From the human T2T-CHM13v2.0 reference genome, Homo sapiens, in the NCBI RefSeq assembly GCF_009914755.1, contig NC_060935.1: DNA of 64,000 nucleotides; one strand, 5' to 3'. Positions 63,961 through 64,000 of this stretch are shown piece by piece. The notes beneath the pieces were generated by a model that had not been told where the DNA came from, searched no databases, and saw only the letters and a program-made list of their open reading frames with translations. How positions within the stretch are numbered: the stretch's first letter is position 1; the number at the start of each line of letters is the position of its first letter. The position numbers and the translations under genes were made by a program.

Positions 63961-64000
63961 GGTACCAGCCATCCTGGGTTGCCCAGGACACTGCACTTTC

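Overview
Human (primate, Alu-rich) genomic DNA, recognisable as the 11p15.4 CARS1 locus (cytosolic cysteinyl-tRNA synthetase) on the minus strand. The window holds the CpG-island promoter (~46.0-47.05 kb) and coding exons 1-18, numbered as in the long isoform. They run from the ATG at 46589 to a phase-1 donor at 1423: 2068 coding nt, all GT-AG introns, frame continuous. The gene continues left of the window. Upstream (47-64 kb) is almost entirely Alu, L1, MaLR and Tigger repeat. Other features are a U1 snRNA pseudogene, a solo LTR13, a solo ERV1 LTR and a 24-bp minisatellite. The most interesting unexplained signals concern CARS1 splicing: (1) a 107-bp copy of the exon-18 acceptor pasted into an antisense Alu; (2) a candidate 30-nt in-frame microexon (LIAKKQLRRM) with a tandem 34-nt frameshifting acceptor in intron 17; (3) a stop-free 108-nt intron just after the KMSKS motif; (4) an alternative exon-4 acceptor that could give a hydrophobic N-terminus. 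All four are predictions from sequence only and need RNA data. Repeat boundaries and subfamily names are approximate and were called by eye.
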